A stretch of DNA of 64,000 nucleotides from Pseudomonadota bacterium (GCA_018897105.1 JAHILF010000066.1:15021-79020); one strand, 5' to 3'. Counted from the stretch's first letter, positions 1-8,737 are shown. A program made the numbers and translations. The notes: generated by a model not told the origin, from the letters alone.

Positions 1-120
1 ATGCGGGGCTGATTGGCGATGGCGGCGGCTGGGGGGCTGTATTTCTTGATTTTCTCGCATCGGAGGCGATCACTGACATCTATACCCATCACGGCTTACT
101 ACGGGCTTGAAAACTGAGAT

Positions 121-206
121 TTCACCACAGAGAGCACAGAGCCCATAGCGCTGATTGCTTGCAATAGAAAATATTTCTCTGTGATCCCTGTGTGCTCTGT
201 GGTGAA
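121..206. repeat. Imperfect inverted repeat (REP-like hairpin), arms TTCACCACAGAGAGCACAGAG / CTGTGTGCTCTGTGGTGAA
   Basis: Arms at 121-141 and 188-206 are reverse complements (outer 12 nt perfect). They lie in non-coding context. Confidence 0.6.
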
Positions 207-375
207 AAAAGAGCTTTTGTCGAGTTCATCAAATTTCCCTCAGGCTGTTATTTTGCCAGATTAAGACGGTTCGGGTCATACCCTAAACCGAGCACTTTTT
301 CCAGCAACTCGGCGAGAAGCAAGGGATCTATCTGCGTCTGTCTGCTCAAAATCCATAAATACTTTCTGGAAGTAA

Positions 376-747
376 CGCCGACAAGGGCGGATAATCCTGG
401 TCAACATAGAGCTGCTGGCTGAATTAGGTGAGAAGATGCTTGAAAGGCTGGGATACCTGGTGACAGTCAAAACAAAAAATTTTGAGGCCCTGGGGGCTTT
501 CCAAAACCGGCCGGATGATTTTGACCTAGTCATCGCAGACCAGACCATGCCCGGCATAAAAGGTTTTGATATGGCGAGAAGGATGTTGCAGATTCGCCAC
601 GATATTCCAATTATATTATGTACGGGTTATAGTGCGCTGGCAGATGAATAAAAGGCAAAGTCTCAGGGCATCAGGGAGTTTGCCATGAAGCCCTTAAACA
701 ACAGCACCATAGCCGGACTGATCCGCAAGGTGCTGGATGCTTCCTGA
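376..747 (+). pseudogene. Remnant of a CheY-like receiver domain with an in-frame TAA stop and a degenerate acidic pocket
   Basis: The frame reads ..RIILVNIELLAELGEKMLERLGYLVT..DLVIADQTMPGIKG..ILCTGYSALADE-TAA(649-651)-KAKSQGIREFAMKPL..VLDAS. The usual DD(E) is replaced by VNIE. No kinase core lies upstream, where the frame is closed at 373-375. Confidence 0.6.
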
Positions 748-778
748 TAAATTTGCACCCCGACGGTGATAAACAAAG

Positions 779-958
779 ATGACATTTTCATGCAAAAACT
801 ACGAATTTGACACGGATACCTGCGCCAAATTAAAAACAGAGTGCATTCCGGGTCGGCGCGGCTGCGTGCTTGAGGGCAAGGTGAAGCTCAGCGAGGAGCT
901 ACAGAACAGACTCGATAAACTGGAAGAAAAGAGCGAAGAACGCAGAAGCCGGAAATAG
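779..958 (+). CDS. Small (59 aa) Cys-rich protein with a charged C-terminal tail; below the 60-aa cutoff of the ORF track
   Basis: Hand translation gives MTFSCKNYEFDTDTCAKLKTECIPGRRGCVLEGKVKLSEELQNRLDKLEEKSEERRSRK. A GGTGA sits about 9 nt upstream of the ATG. There are four Cys in the first 29 aa. Confidence 0.45.
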   Translation: MTFSCKNYEFDTDTCAKLKTECIPGRRGCVLEGKVKLSEELQNRLDKLEEKSEERRSRK

Positions 959-1014
959 AGCGGTATCTGACAACAGCAAGCCACACAGCAGCGTCCCTTT
1001 CCCAGGGCTACCCG

Positions 1015-2205
1015 TCAATCACTCGCCCTGTTTTTCTCGGCACTGACACCAACCTTGCCATAATTGCTGGCGCCGCATTCATTCTTGCCGAGATCCATGA
1101 CATCGGCCTCTTCATCCGCTACCTTGAGCCAGCCGCCGTTGACGCGACGAATCTGGGCATAAACCGCCGGCTGCGGCCGCAGATTTGCTTTGATGAATTC
1201 GGCAAATTTATGCTCCGTGGACAGATGAAAGGCAATATTTTTCTTACGGAGATCCCCGAGAGTATCCATGAAAATCCCGTCCGAGTTCACCTCATCCCAG
1301 GCAGTATAATGCCCGGGGAGAATCAGGGTTTCATCACTGAGATTGCGGATTTTCAGCGTCAAGGTCAGATAGAGAAAACGGGACCACTCCTCGCTCTTGC
1401 CCCCCAGATCGGGACGGCCCGCGGTGTTGATGAAAACCGTATCCCCGCTCAATAGGTATTTCCCGTCAATCAGGTAGGAGGTGCTGCCCATGGTATGTCC
1501 GGGGGTATGGATCACCTTGATTTGCGGTCCGCCATTGGTAAAGGAAAGGATCTGGCCATCCTCAACCTGATTGAAAACGAAATCCGCGCCAAGAAAATCC
1601 TCTTTTTTGACCATAATTACGGCACAGGTCTTTTCCGCCATGCGGATGGACCCGGAGATGTAATCAGCCTGGCGATGGGTTTCACAGGTTTTGACGATCT
1701 GCGCGCCCTTTTCCGCCGCAAGGCGGATATAAAAATCCACATTGCGTGAGGGATCAAAAACCATGGCCTCTGAACCGCTGATGAGCAGATAGCTGCAGGA
1801 AGCCTTGCCCGGACGAATCACCTGATAAAGGCTGTAATGACTACTGGCAGGAGTTACCAGGCGGGCGGCAAGGACATTGCCCCAGGAGACAATGCCGCCC
1901 TGCAGATAGCCGACATCGTCAAAACCATTGGCTGTCAACTGTTCCGCCACATATTTTGCCGAACCCTCCTTGGCGCAGACAATCCGTATCTTCTCACCGG
2001 CCGGGATCATGTTGATACTTTCCTGCAGATCCTCCATGAAGTTGAAATACGGGACATTGATGTAGGGAAAAAATGACGGCCCCTCCACATACCAGTTGGC
2101 AAATTCCTTTTCATTACGCACGTCAAGAAGGACAAAATCGGGTTTGCCGGCTATCCAGTCAAAGAGCTGTTCCGCTGTATACGAAAAAGGTGCTGCCGCA
2201 GTCAT
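1015..2205 (-). CDS. Rhodanese domain fused to a metallo-beta-lactamase-fold (persulfide-dioxygenase-like) domain
   Basis: The N-terminus has LLDVRNEKEF and the IRIVCAKEGS loop (rhodanese). The MBL part has ETHRQADYISG, HTPGHTMGS, SGDTVF and LPGHY. Confidence 0.8.
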   Translation of the reverse strand: MTAAAPFSYTAEQLFDWIAGKPDFVLLDVRNEKEFANWYVEGPSFFPYINVPYFNFMEDLQESINMIPAGEKIRIVCAKEGSAKYVAEQLTANGFDDVGYLQGGIVSWGNVLAARLVTPASSHYSLYQVIRPGKASCSYLLISGSEAMVFDPSRNVDFYIRLAAEKGAQIVKTCETHRQADYISGSIRMAEKTCAVIMVKKEDFLGADFVFNQVEDGQILSFTNGGPQIKVIHTPGHTMGSTSYLIDGKYLLSGDTVFINTAGRPDLGGKSEEWSRFLYLTLTLKIRNLSDETLILPGHYTAWDEVNSDGIFMDTLGDLRKKNIAFHLSTEHKFAEFIKANLRPQPAVYAQIRRVNGGWLKVADEEADVMDLGKNECGASNYGKVGVSAEKNRASD

Positions 2206-2284
2206 AAATCCCTCCGTAAGATAAAATATGAAGTAGAGAAAACTGTTCGGACTTTCCGGGTTAACGATATTGTAAGTTCACAGG

Positions 2285-2439
2285 CAATGTCATTAACTTA
2301 AGCCTTTTCGCCGGTTGCCTGAGCCCAGGTTCGTCATTCCGGCGAAGGCCGGAATCCAGGTAGTTACGACAATTCTGGACCCCGGCCTTCGCCGGGGTGA
2401 CGACGAGTGTAGTCAGTTTTTCTTAAGTTAACGGCATTG
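2285..2439. repeat. Composite palindromic (MITE/REP-like) element
   Basis: Outer arms are CAATGTCATTAACTTAAG (2285-2302) and CTTAAGTTAACGGCATTG (2422-2439). Inside are two inverted copies of GTCAYYCCGGCGAAGGCCGGRRTCCAG, each itself a hairpin. Confidence 0.7.
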
Positions 2440-2477
2440 TATTGATACTTATATTTATGGCTTTCTTGAAAATTTTG

Positions 2478-3332
2478 TCAACCTGTTACCAACGACAGCC
2501 AGGTAACGACAAACAGGGTCAGGCTGATCAGCCCGTTCATAGTGAAAAAAGACATGTTGATGCGGGAAAGATTTTTGGGATTGACAATGATGTGCTGGTA
2601 AAAAAGGGCGCAGGCAGTCAACACGATGCCGATATAATAGAAATAATTGAGTCGGCAGCTTATCCCTGTTGCCACGAAAAGGGCAAAGGCCACCACATGA
2701 AAAAGTACCGCCATGCGAAATGCCCGCTCACGCCCGAACCGGGCCGGCAGGGAAAAAAGCCCGACCTTCCGGTCAAAATCCGCATCCATGCAGGCATAGA
2801 TTGTATCAAAGCCGGTCACCCAGAAAAGTACTCCCAGGGAAAGAGCCCATGGAAAGCCGACAAGGGTGCCCTTTACCGCCACAAAGCCGCCCAGCGGTGA
2901 AAAGGCCAGGGCAATGCCGAGCACCACATGGCAGAGCCAGGTAAAACGCTTGGTCACGGAATAAAAAAGGGTGAGGCTCAGGGCCAGGGGCGAGAGTTTA
3001 AAGGTGAGCGGATTAAGCTGATAACAGGCGAAAAAAAAGAGCAGCCCGGCCAGGATCACCATGGCCCAGGCCTCCCACATCTGCACCGAACCGGCCGGGA
3101 TGGCCCGGTCCGCGGTGCGGGGATTATCCCGGTCAAAACGGGCATCGGCAATGCGGTTAAAACCCATGGCGCAGGTCCGGGCTCCAACCATGGCCATCAC
3201 CACCCAGAAAAAAACAATGGCCCGGGGCACCCCGCCCTGGGCCAGGAAGGCCCCCATCAGGGCAAAGGGCAGAGCAAAGACCGTATGCTCGAATTTGATC
3301 ATTTCCAGCAGTATGGCAATCTTTTTAAACAT
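2478..3332 (-). CDS. mqnP: UbiA-family aromatic prenyltransferase (menaquinone prenylation step of the futalosine route)
   Basis: The protein starts MFKKIAILLEMIKFEHTVFALPFALMGAFLA, is polytopic and contains NRIADARFDRDNPRT. The ATG at 3330-3332 overlaps the ubiX stop (ATGTTTAA). The ORF-track start at 3488 is an unsupported extension. Confidence 0.8.
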   Translation of the reverse strand: MFKKIAILLEMIKFEHTVFALPFALMGAFLAQGGVPRAIVFFWVVMAMVGARTCAMGFNRIADARFDRDNPRTADRAIPAGSVQMWEAWAMVILAGLLFFFACYQLNPLTFKLSPLALSLTLFYSVTKRFTWLCHVVLGIALAFSPLGGFVAVKGTLVGFPWALSLGVLFWVTGFDTIYACMDADFDRKVGLFSLPARFGRERAFRMAVLFHVVAFALFVATGISCRLNYFYYIGIVLTACALFYQHIIVNPKNLSRINMSFFTMNGLISLTLFVVTWLSLVTG

Positions 3333-3888
3333 CAATACCACTCCACTCCTTGAATCCCGGAACCTGCAATCCGATCTGGGCGGCCACTCGCCCGGCAAAA
3401 TGACGGGCCATGTCCCGCAGATTTTCCGGCAGATGATAAAAGGCCGGCATGGCAGGACAGATGATCGCCCCGGCATCCGAGGCGGCAAGCATATTCTGCA
3501 GATGGTTGCGGTTAAACGGCGTCTCGCGCACGGCGAGCACCAGGGGTTTTCTTTCTTTCAGCATCACGTCGGCGGCCCGGTGGATCAGATTGATCGACAG
3601 GCCGTTTGCTATGGCCGCCAGCGTCCCCATGGTGCAGGGCAGCACCACCATGGCATCATAGCGGGCCGAACCACTGGCCATGGGCGCGGCTAGATTGTCA
3701 ATCGCATACCATTTGCCCACGGCGATCAGGTCATGGGGGGCGAGTTGCTCCTCGAGTCCGAGAACCTTCTTCCCGGCCCCGGAGATGATGCCGTGCACCT
3801 CCACATCAAGTTCACTGATCAGCCGCAGAAACTCCACAGCATAGAGAGAGCCGCTGGCCCCGGTTATTGCCAGGATAATCTTTTTCAT
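3325..3888 (-). CDS. ubiX: UbiX-type flavin prenyltransferase
   Basis: MKKIILAITGASGSLYAVEFLRLI.. followed by ..VVLPCTMGTLAAIANG. There is an ATGA overlap with ubiE. Confidence 0.9.
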   Translation of the reverse strand: MKKIILAITGASGSLYAVEFLRLISELDVEVHGIISGAGKKVLGLEEQLAPHDLIAVGKWYAIDNLAAPMASGSARYDAMVVLPCTMGTLAAIANGLSINLIHRAADVMLKERKPLVLAVRETPFNRNHLQNMLAASDAGAIICPAMPAFYHLPENLRDMARHFAGRVAAQIGLQVPGFKEWSGIDV

Positions 3889-4592
3889 TTGACGCCTATG
3901 TATACGGAAACAATTCCAAAGGTAAGGGGCCGGCGGGATACCTCGGCAAACCCGGCCTTTTTCATCATGCCCAGCAGCTCCTCCGGTTCATAAAAAGCGG
4001 CAATGGAACTGGCCAGATACTCATACGCCTCCTTGTCGCCGGAGACCACCCCGGCAACCTTCGGCAGCACCGTGTTCAAATAAAAGCTGTAAACCGGTTT
4101 GACAATGACATTCCGGGGGCGGGAAAACTCCAGGATGAGCAGCTTGCCGCCTGGTTTGAGCACCCGGTGCATCTCGTTCAAACCGTCCTGGGTGCGGCCG
4201 AGATTGCGCACGCCAAAGGCAACGGTTATCCCCCAGAAGCTTGCATCGCGGGCCGGGATCTTTTCCCCGTCCCCGCAGACCGGGAAGATGCGCTGCCGCC
4301 GGTTGTCCGAGGGAAGGGTTTTGATCCCCGCCCGCAGCATGTCTTCACAGAAATCAATGGCAAACACCTGCCGGGCAGGCGCCTGCCTTGCCAGCTCCAG
4401 GGAAAGGGGCAGGGTTCCGGCACAGAGATCGAGCACTGCCCCGTCGGGAAACATCTTCAGCTCGCGGGTGGTGACCCAGCGCCAGTAACGGTCGATCTGG
4501 AAGCTGAGCAGTGAATTCAGAAAATCATATTTATGACTGATGGAAGAAAACTTCTCTTTGACGAATGTTTTCTTTTCATCCGGAGTTTGCAT
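3885..4592 (-). CDS. ubiE: Demethylmenaquinone/ubiquinone C-methyltransferase (UbiE/MenG)
   Basis: YDFLNSLLSFQIDRYWR and the SAM motif VLDLCAGT, plus LKPGGKLLILEFS. Confidence 0.9.
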   Translation of the reverse strand: MQTPDEKKTFVKEKFSSISHKYDFLNSLLSFQIDRYWRWVTTRELKMFPDGAVLDLCAGTLPLSLELARQAPARQVFAIDFCEDMLRAGIKTLPSDNRRQRIFPVCGDGEKIPARDASFWGITVAFGVRNLGRTQDGLNEMHRVLKPGGKLLILEFSRPRNVIVKPVYSFYLNTVLPKVAGVVSGDKEAYEYLASSIAAFYEPEELLGMMKKAGFAEVSRRPLTFGIVSVYIGVK

Positions 4593-4597
4593 GGTTT

Positions 4598-4633
4598 TTA
4601 GTCCTACTGGTCTTATTGGTCTGATTAGTCTTG
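4598..4633. repeat. Four tandem 9-bp units (TTAGTCCTA CTGGTCTTA TTGGTCTGA TTAGTCTTG) directly upstream of the ubiE start
   Basis: Read directly from the sequence. The period is exactly 9 nt. Confidence 0.75.
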
Positions 4634-4715
4634 TGTCCGACTTAGCTGATAAGCAGGTATGGATTCCTTTTCACTTCTTTACGCAATTTCGTTTCAAGAA
4701 CCGTATACCACATGA

Positions 4716-5483
4716 TCACTTATTACTTCTTACTCGAAGTTCACCTATGTGATTTTCACTTGGATACATAAAGATTGGTTCCAATATGTTGTCCAATGGT
4801 GTATCAGGCCCAAGTATATGCATTCCAGCAACAGCCCCTTTTTCTTTTGCTTGTGGGGGCGCGGGGAAAATTTCTACTCCGAATCCATCTGCACTATAAA
4901 ATATGCCGTTCAATTGAACGGCATCACCTAAAATTCGTACTTGAAGGATTACTTCACCCTTTTCGCTTATGATTTCAAGAGTATTATCATTATAATTCCG
5001 ATCGAATGTCTTGGGGGGTGGAGCAACTTTCCATTCGTTATTTACTAAATTGGCTATCAATGAACCAGAACGATCTCTTAATATCATTGAAACCAATAAG
5101 TTATTTGTCTTTTCATTAATATCAACAGATAAGTCACGAAAAAATCTTAGATATGGCACTTTTGGATTGTCAGCAACTGTAAATATATCTGTAATCTGGT
5201 TCTTAAATAGGAATCCCATCCCTCTTTTTTCTAGTGTCCAGCCAAGCTCAAGACGTTTTATTTTTGGGTTAAGGTAGAATCCTCTATCCTGTGTTTTAAG
5301 TGTTCCAGAATATGTTTTCGAAGCTTTCTCTTCATGAACTTTTCGATTCAGAAGAAACTGAATAACACCAATTATCAATAGAACAAATATGGCAATAACT
5401 TTAAATTTCTTTGTTGTTGTATCAGTTTTTAGCCACCCAAGTATGGCAATAAAAACTGTTAAGATTATTAATACAATTTGCAT
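4716..5483 (-). CDS. Hypothetical membrane-anchored protein (two N-terminal TM helices), visibly AT-rich orphan gene
   Basis: A 255-aa ORF with no family motif I recognise. Its base composition is clearly lower in GC than the flanking mqn genes. Confidence 0.55.
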   Translation of the reverse strand: MQIVLIILTVFIAILGWLKTDTTTKKFKVIAIFVLLIIGVIQFLLNRKVHEEKASKTYSGTLKTQDRGFYLNPKIKRLELGWTLEKRGMGFLFKNQITDIFTVADNPKVPYLRFFRDLSVDINEKTNNLLVSMILRDRSGSLIANLVNNEWKVAPPPKTFDRNYNDNTLEIISEKGEVILQVRILGDAVQLNGIFYSADGFGVEIFPAPPQAKEKGAVAGMHILGPDTPLDNILEPIFMYPSENHIGELRVRSNK

Positions 5484-5528
5484 AATCTAAGATTAACGAA
5501 TTTAACAAATTAAAATAAAGGAACGCAG

Positions 5529-5588
5529 TTAGTCGGATTTGTCTAGTTTGCCAAACCAGTTTAGACCAGATTGACCAGTCAAACCAGT
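5529..5588. repeat. 9-bp periodic repeat block in both orientations (TTAGTCGGA TTTGTCTAG .. AAACCAGTT TAGACCAGA TTGACCAGT CAAACCAGT)
   Basis: Read directly. The second half is the reverse orientation of the CTGGTC/TTAGTC units seen at 4598-4633. The block ends on the mqnA stop codon. Confidence 0.7.
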
Positions 5589-6403
5589 CATCTACACACC
5601 TTTACCGGCAGGGCTGCTGCCTGCGCCTCGCCGCGTTTGATCAGGAAATCAAAAAAAAGCGTCAGCGCCTGCATCTTCTGCGGGGTGAGATCATATTCAA
5701 TACCGAGGAGATACTTATAACATGAATCAACGGTCATGGGAATTCTCGGCGCCACCTGGGTGCAGACCGCCTGCAGGTTTTCCTTGCCTTCGCGGATGCA
5801 GGAGAGCAGCTCAGCCCGGATTTCGCTGACGCAGCCGGGCTGCCGGGCAAGAAAATCTTCACGCACCGCCCAGACGGCAAAGACAAAGGGCAGCCCGGTG
5901 TGCTGCTGCCAGGTCTCACCCAGATCAAGACAGAAGGGATAATCCCCGTTGGTTTTCAACCGCAGGGCCTCATCGCCGATGGCCAGCACCCCGCTCACCT
6001 CGTCACCTTCCAGATTGTTGCCGGTGTGATAAATGGGCCGGACCCGGTAAAACTCCTCCAGGATGATCTTCACCAGGGCCACCGAGGTCTGCGACTGGGT
6101 GCTGAGCCGCACCTTTCTGCCCGCCAGTTCTTCCGGGGCGAGCCGGGAAAAGAGAAAGACGCTGCCCACCGGCCCGGAGGAGCTGATGGAAATATCCTCC
6201 AGAATGCGATACAGATGGGGATGGGCAGCATATTCATGGGAGGAGACAAAACCCAGGTCAAGCTCATTATTGCAGAGCATCCTGTTCAGGGTGGTGGGTG
6301 CGCCTTCGGTGATCAGCCAGTCAGGCCGGGTGACCTTTTGCTGCCAGATCACATAGAGCGGCGCCGTGTTGATAAAATTGACCATCCCGATACGTGCTTT
6401 CAT
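5588..6403 (-). CDS. mqnA: Chorismate dehydratase MqnA (futalosine pathway)
   Basis: MKARIGMVNFINTAPLY.., periplasmic-binding-protein-like fold. A GAGGAGG SD lies upstream of the ATG at 6401-6403. The ORF-track start at 6451 is an extension. Confidence 0.8.
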   Translation of the reverse strand: MKARIGMVNFINTAPLYVIWQQKVTRPDWLITEGAPTTLNRMLCNNELDLGFVSSHEYAAHPHLYRILEDISISSSGPVGSVFLFSRLAPEELAGRKVRLSTQSQTSVALVKIILEEFYRVRPIYHTGNNLEGDEVSGVLAIGDEALRLKTNGDYPFCLDLGETWQQHTGLPFVFAVWAVREDFLARQPGCVSEIRAELLSCIREGKENLQAVCTQVAPRIPMTVDSCYKYLLGIEYDLTPQKMQALTLFFDFLIKRGEAQAAALPVKVCR

Positions 6404-6404
6404 C

Positions 6405-7592
6405 CTACCTGGCCTCCTCGACCCAGCGGACCTGCAGGGTTTTCCCCGCACTTGTCAGAAAATCATCAGCATTGCCTGCTGTTACTCCCTGGGCATCAAC
6501 GGCGATGATATCCGCCCTCATGGCCGGGGCAAGCTGTCCGGTATCATGCACGGCAAGACATTGCGCACCTCCCAAGGTCGCCATGGTAAGCACCGTGGCC
6601 GGGGCAAGCTGGGGATGGTCCTCGCGCAGCAGGCGCATCTCCTCCCAAATGGAAAATTGCGGATTGCTGGCCAGACTGTCCGTGCCCAGGCCAAGCATTA
6701 AGCCTGCCCGTACCATTTTTTCCACCGGCGCCTTGCCCACCCCCAGACACCTGTTGCTGCCCGGGCACAGACACACCTTGGCGCCTCTTGCGGCAAGCAG
6801 GTCGATTTCATCGTCCGTGACATGGACACAATGTACGCAAAGGGTCTTAGCATCGATCACGTGCAACCGGTCAAGATAGGTGACAGCCCCGCAGCCTGGC
6901 GGGACAAAGGAATCATCCCAGAAGCCCCGTTCCTCGATAAAGGAACGCAGCGGCCCGGTACCGTCCAGCAGAAAATCGATTTCCGCCCGGGATTCCGCCA
7001 CATGGATGGAAAATATCTGGTTTCTGCTGTTTGCCCGCTGTTTTGCCGCAACCAGCAGACGGGCATGGTTGGAATAGGGGGCGTGGCTGGTGCAGTCACC
7101 CTTACTCTCCTGCATCCTGGCCAGGGCACTGACCGCAGAGTGCTGGGCAAAGCCGAGCATCTCCAGAAAAAAATGGACCTGCACCGGGTGCCCCTCGCCG
7201 ATTTTTACGCTATCCGGCAGATTGCCGATATCGGCAACCCGGGCCACCCCCTGCTCATACAACACATCCAGGGCAATACGCGCAGCAGTGGCGCCGTCAT
7301 CAGCCGAATGCTGCCGGGCCGCCAGCAGTTCGCCGATCCAGCCGGTCATTCCGCCCTCTCGGGGCTGCCGTTGGCCGAGCACGGCCAGGTGGGAAAGCTC
7401 CAAATGGGCATGACAGTTGATCAGGGCAGGAAGCAGGATAGCCCCCTCATGGTCCTTCACCAGTCCCCTGCCCCGGAGCTGGGCATAGGAACCGACCTCG
7501 ACAATGGCGCCGCCTTCGGTGACCACGGCCCCATCGCTGATGGGCGGGGCGCTGATCGGCAGTACCACCGGCGCTCTGTGCACACGCAGCAT
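6405..7592 (-). CDS. Amidohydrolase-family deaminase (aminodeoxyfutalosine deaminase-like / chlorohydrolase)
   Basis: LINCHAHLELSHL, HVAES and GTDSLASN motifs. The gene sits between mqnC and mqnA. Confidence 0.75.
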   Translation of the reverse strand: MLRVHRAPVVLPISAPPISDGAVVTEGGAIVEVGSYAQLRGRGLVKDHEGAILLPALINCHAHLELSHLAVLGQRQPREGGMTGWIGELLAARQHSADDGATAARIALDVLYEQGVARVADIGNLPDSVKIGEGHPVQVHFFLEMLGFAQHSAVSALARMQESKGDCTSHAPYSNHARLLVAAKQRANSRNQIFSIHVAESRAEIDFLLDGTGPLRSFIEERGFWDDSFVPPGCGAVTYLDRLHVIDAKTLCVHCVHVTDDEIDLLAARGAKVCLCPGSNRCLGVGKAPVEKMVRAGLMLGLGTDSLASNPQFSIWEEMRLLREDHPQLAPATVLTMATLGGAQCLAVHDTGQLAPAMRADIIAVDAQGVTAGNADDFLTSAGKTLQVRWVEEAR

Positions 7593-7600
7593 GATTCCGC

Positions 7601-8662
7601 TTACCCCGCAACCAGCGTATAATCCATGGTGCGCTGCCTGGGTGAAAATCCGGCCTCGCGGACAATGCGGCGAATCTCATCCTCAGACAGCCTGAAGCTG
7701 ACCCCGGCGGCGGCCACCACGTTTTCCTCGATCATGGTGCTGCCGAAATCATTGGCCCCGAAGAACAGAGAAATCTGAGCGATCTTCGGCCCCTGGGTCA
7801 CCCAGGAGGCCTGGATATTATCGATGTTGTCAAGATAGATGCGGGAGATGGCCAGCATCTTCAGATAGGAAAAGGCGGTTGTTTTGGGCAGATGGGCCAA
7901 AACCGTATTGTCGGGCTGGAAGGGCCAGGGAATAAAGGCGGTAAAGCCGCCGGTCCGGTCCTGCAGGCTGCGGACCCGCTCCAGATGCTCCATGCGTTCC
8001 TCCAGGGTTTCAATATGCCCGAACATCATGGTCGCGGTGGTGCGCATGCCCTGGTTATGGGCCTCTTCCATCACGCCGATCCAGGCATCGGCCGAACACT
8101 TGCGCGGCGCGGATTCCTGACGCACCCGATCAGACAGGATCTCCGCCCCGCCGCCCGGGATGGAGTCAAGCCCCGCCTGGCGCAGACGAATCAGCACCTC
8201 TTTGACACTCAAACCCGACAAATTGGCAAAATGGCAAACCTCGGGCGGCGAAAATCCGTGAATATGAATGCCGTACCCCTTGATGAAACGCAGCATCTCC
8301 TCGTAATACTCCAGAGGCTTGTCCGGATGCAGTCCGCCCTGGAGCAGGATCTGGGTTCCGCCAAGTTCCTGGGTCTCTTCAATTTTTTTGCCCAGTTCGT
8401 CAAAGGAGAGCACCGAGCCGCGCTCATCCTCCGGAGCCCGGTAAAAGGCGCAGAACTTACAGGCGGAGATGCAAATGTCCGTGTAATTGATGTTGCGGTC
8501 GATCACATAGGTGACAAGCGGTTCGGGATGCAGCCTTTTGCGGATGGTGTCGGCCAGCATGCCGAGCTGATAGAGATCCCCGTCCCGCAGCAACTGTAAA
8601 CCCTCTTCAGCACTGATGCGCTGCCCTGCCTCCACTTTCTCGATTATTTTTTTCATATACAT
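7601..8662 (-). CDS. mqnC: Radical SAM menaquinone enzyme, MqnC-like (cyclic dehypoxanthine futalosine synthase)
   Basis: TYVIDRNINYTDICISACKFCAFYR (CxxxCxxC). The likely start is MYMKKIIEKVEAG (or the ATG at 8656). The 64 upstream codons of the track ORF run through repeats. The MqnC versus MqnE assignment is tentative. Confidence 0.75.
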   Translation of the reverse strand: MYMKKIIEKVEAGQRISAEEGLQLLRDGDLYQLGMLADTIRKRLHPEPLVTYVIDRNINYTDICISACKFCAFYRAPEDERGSVLSFDELGKKIEETQELGGTQILLQGGLHPDKPLEYYEEMLRFIKGYGIHIHGFSPPEVCHFANLSGLSVKEVLIRLRQAGLDSIPGGGAEILSDRVRQESAPRKCSADAWIGVMEEAHNQGMRTTATMMFGHIETLEERMEHLERVRSLQDRTGGFTAFIPWPFQPDNTVLAHLPKTTAFSYLKMLAISRIYLDNIDNIQASWVTQGPKIAQISLFFGANDFGSTMIEENVVAAAGVSFRLSEDEIRRIVREAGFSPRQRTMDYTLVAG

Positions 8663-8663
8663 T

Positions 8664-8708
8664 TTAGTCTTGTTAGTCTTATTTGTCTTATTTGCCCGAC
8701 TAGTCTGG
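8664..8708. repeat. Five tandem 9-bp units (TTAGTCTTG TTAGTCTTA TTTGTCTTA TTTGCCCGA CTAGTCTGG) abutting the mqnC start
   Basis: Read directly. This is the same unit family as 4598-4633. Confidence 0.75.
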
Positions 8709-8737
8709 TTCCTGCCGTTGCGTAAACTGTCTTCTTT

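Noticed and set aside
250-330. A minus-strand frame ending ..IDPLLLAELLEKVLGLGYDPNRLNLAK-stop that looks like a protein C-terminus, and a plus-strand frame 3-113 ending ..DIYTHHGLLRA-stop.
   Set aside because: Both are under 55 codons. The first has no start codon and is closed upstream. The second runs off the window edge. Neither carries a recognisable motif. They are treated as possible gene debris only.
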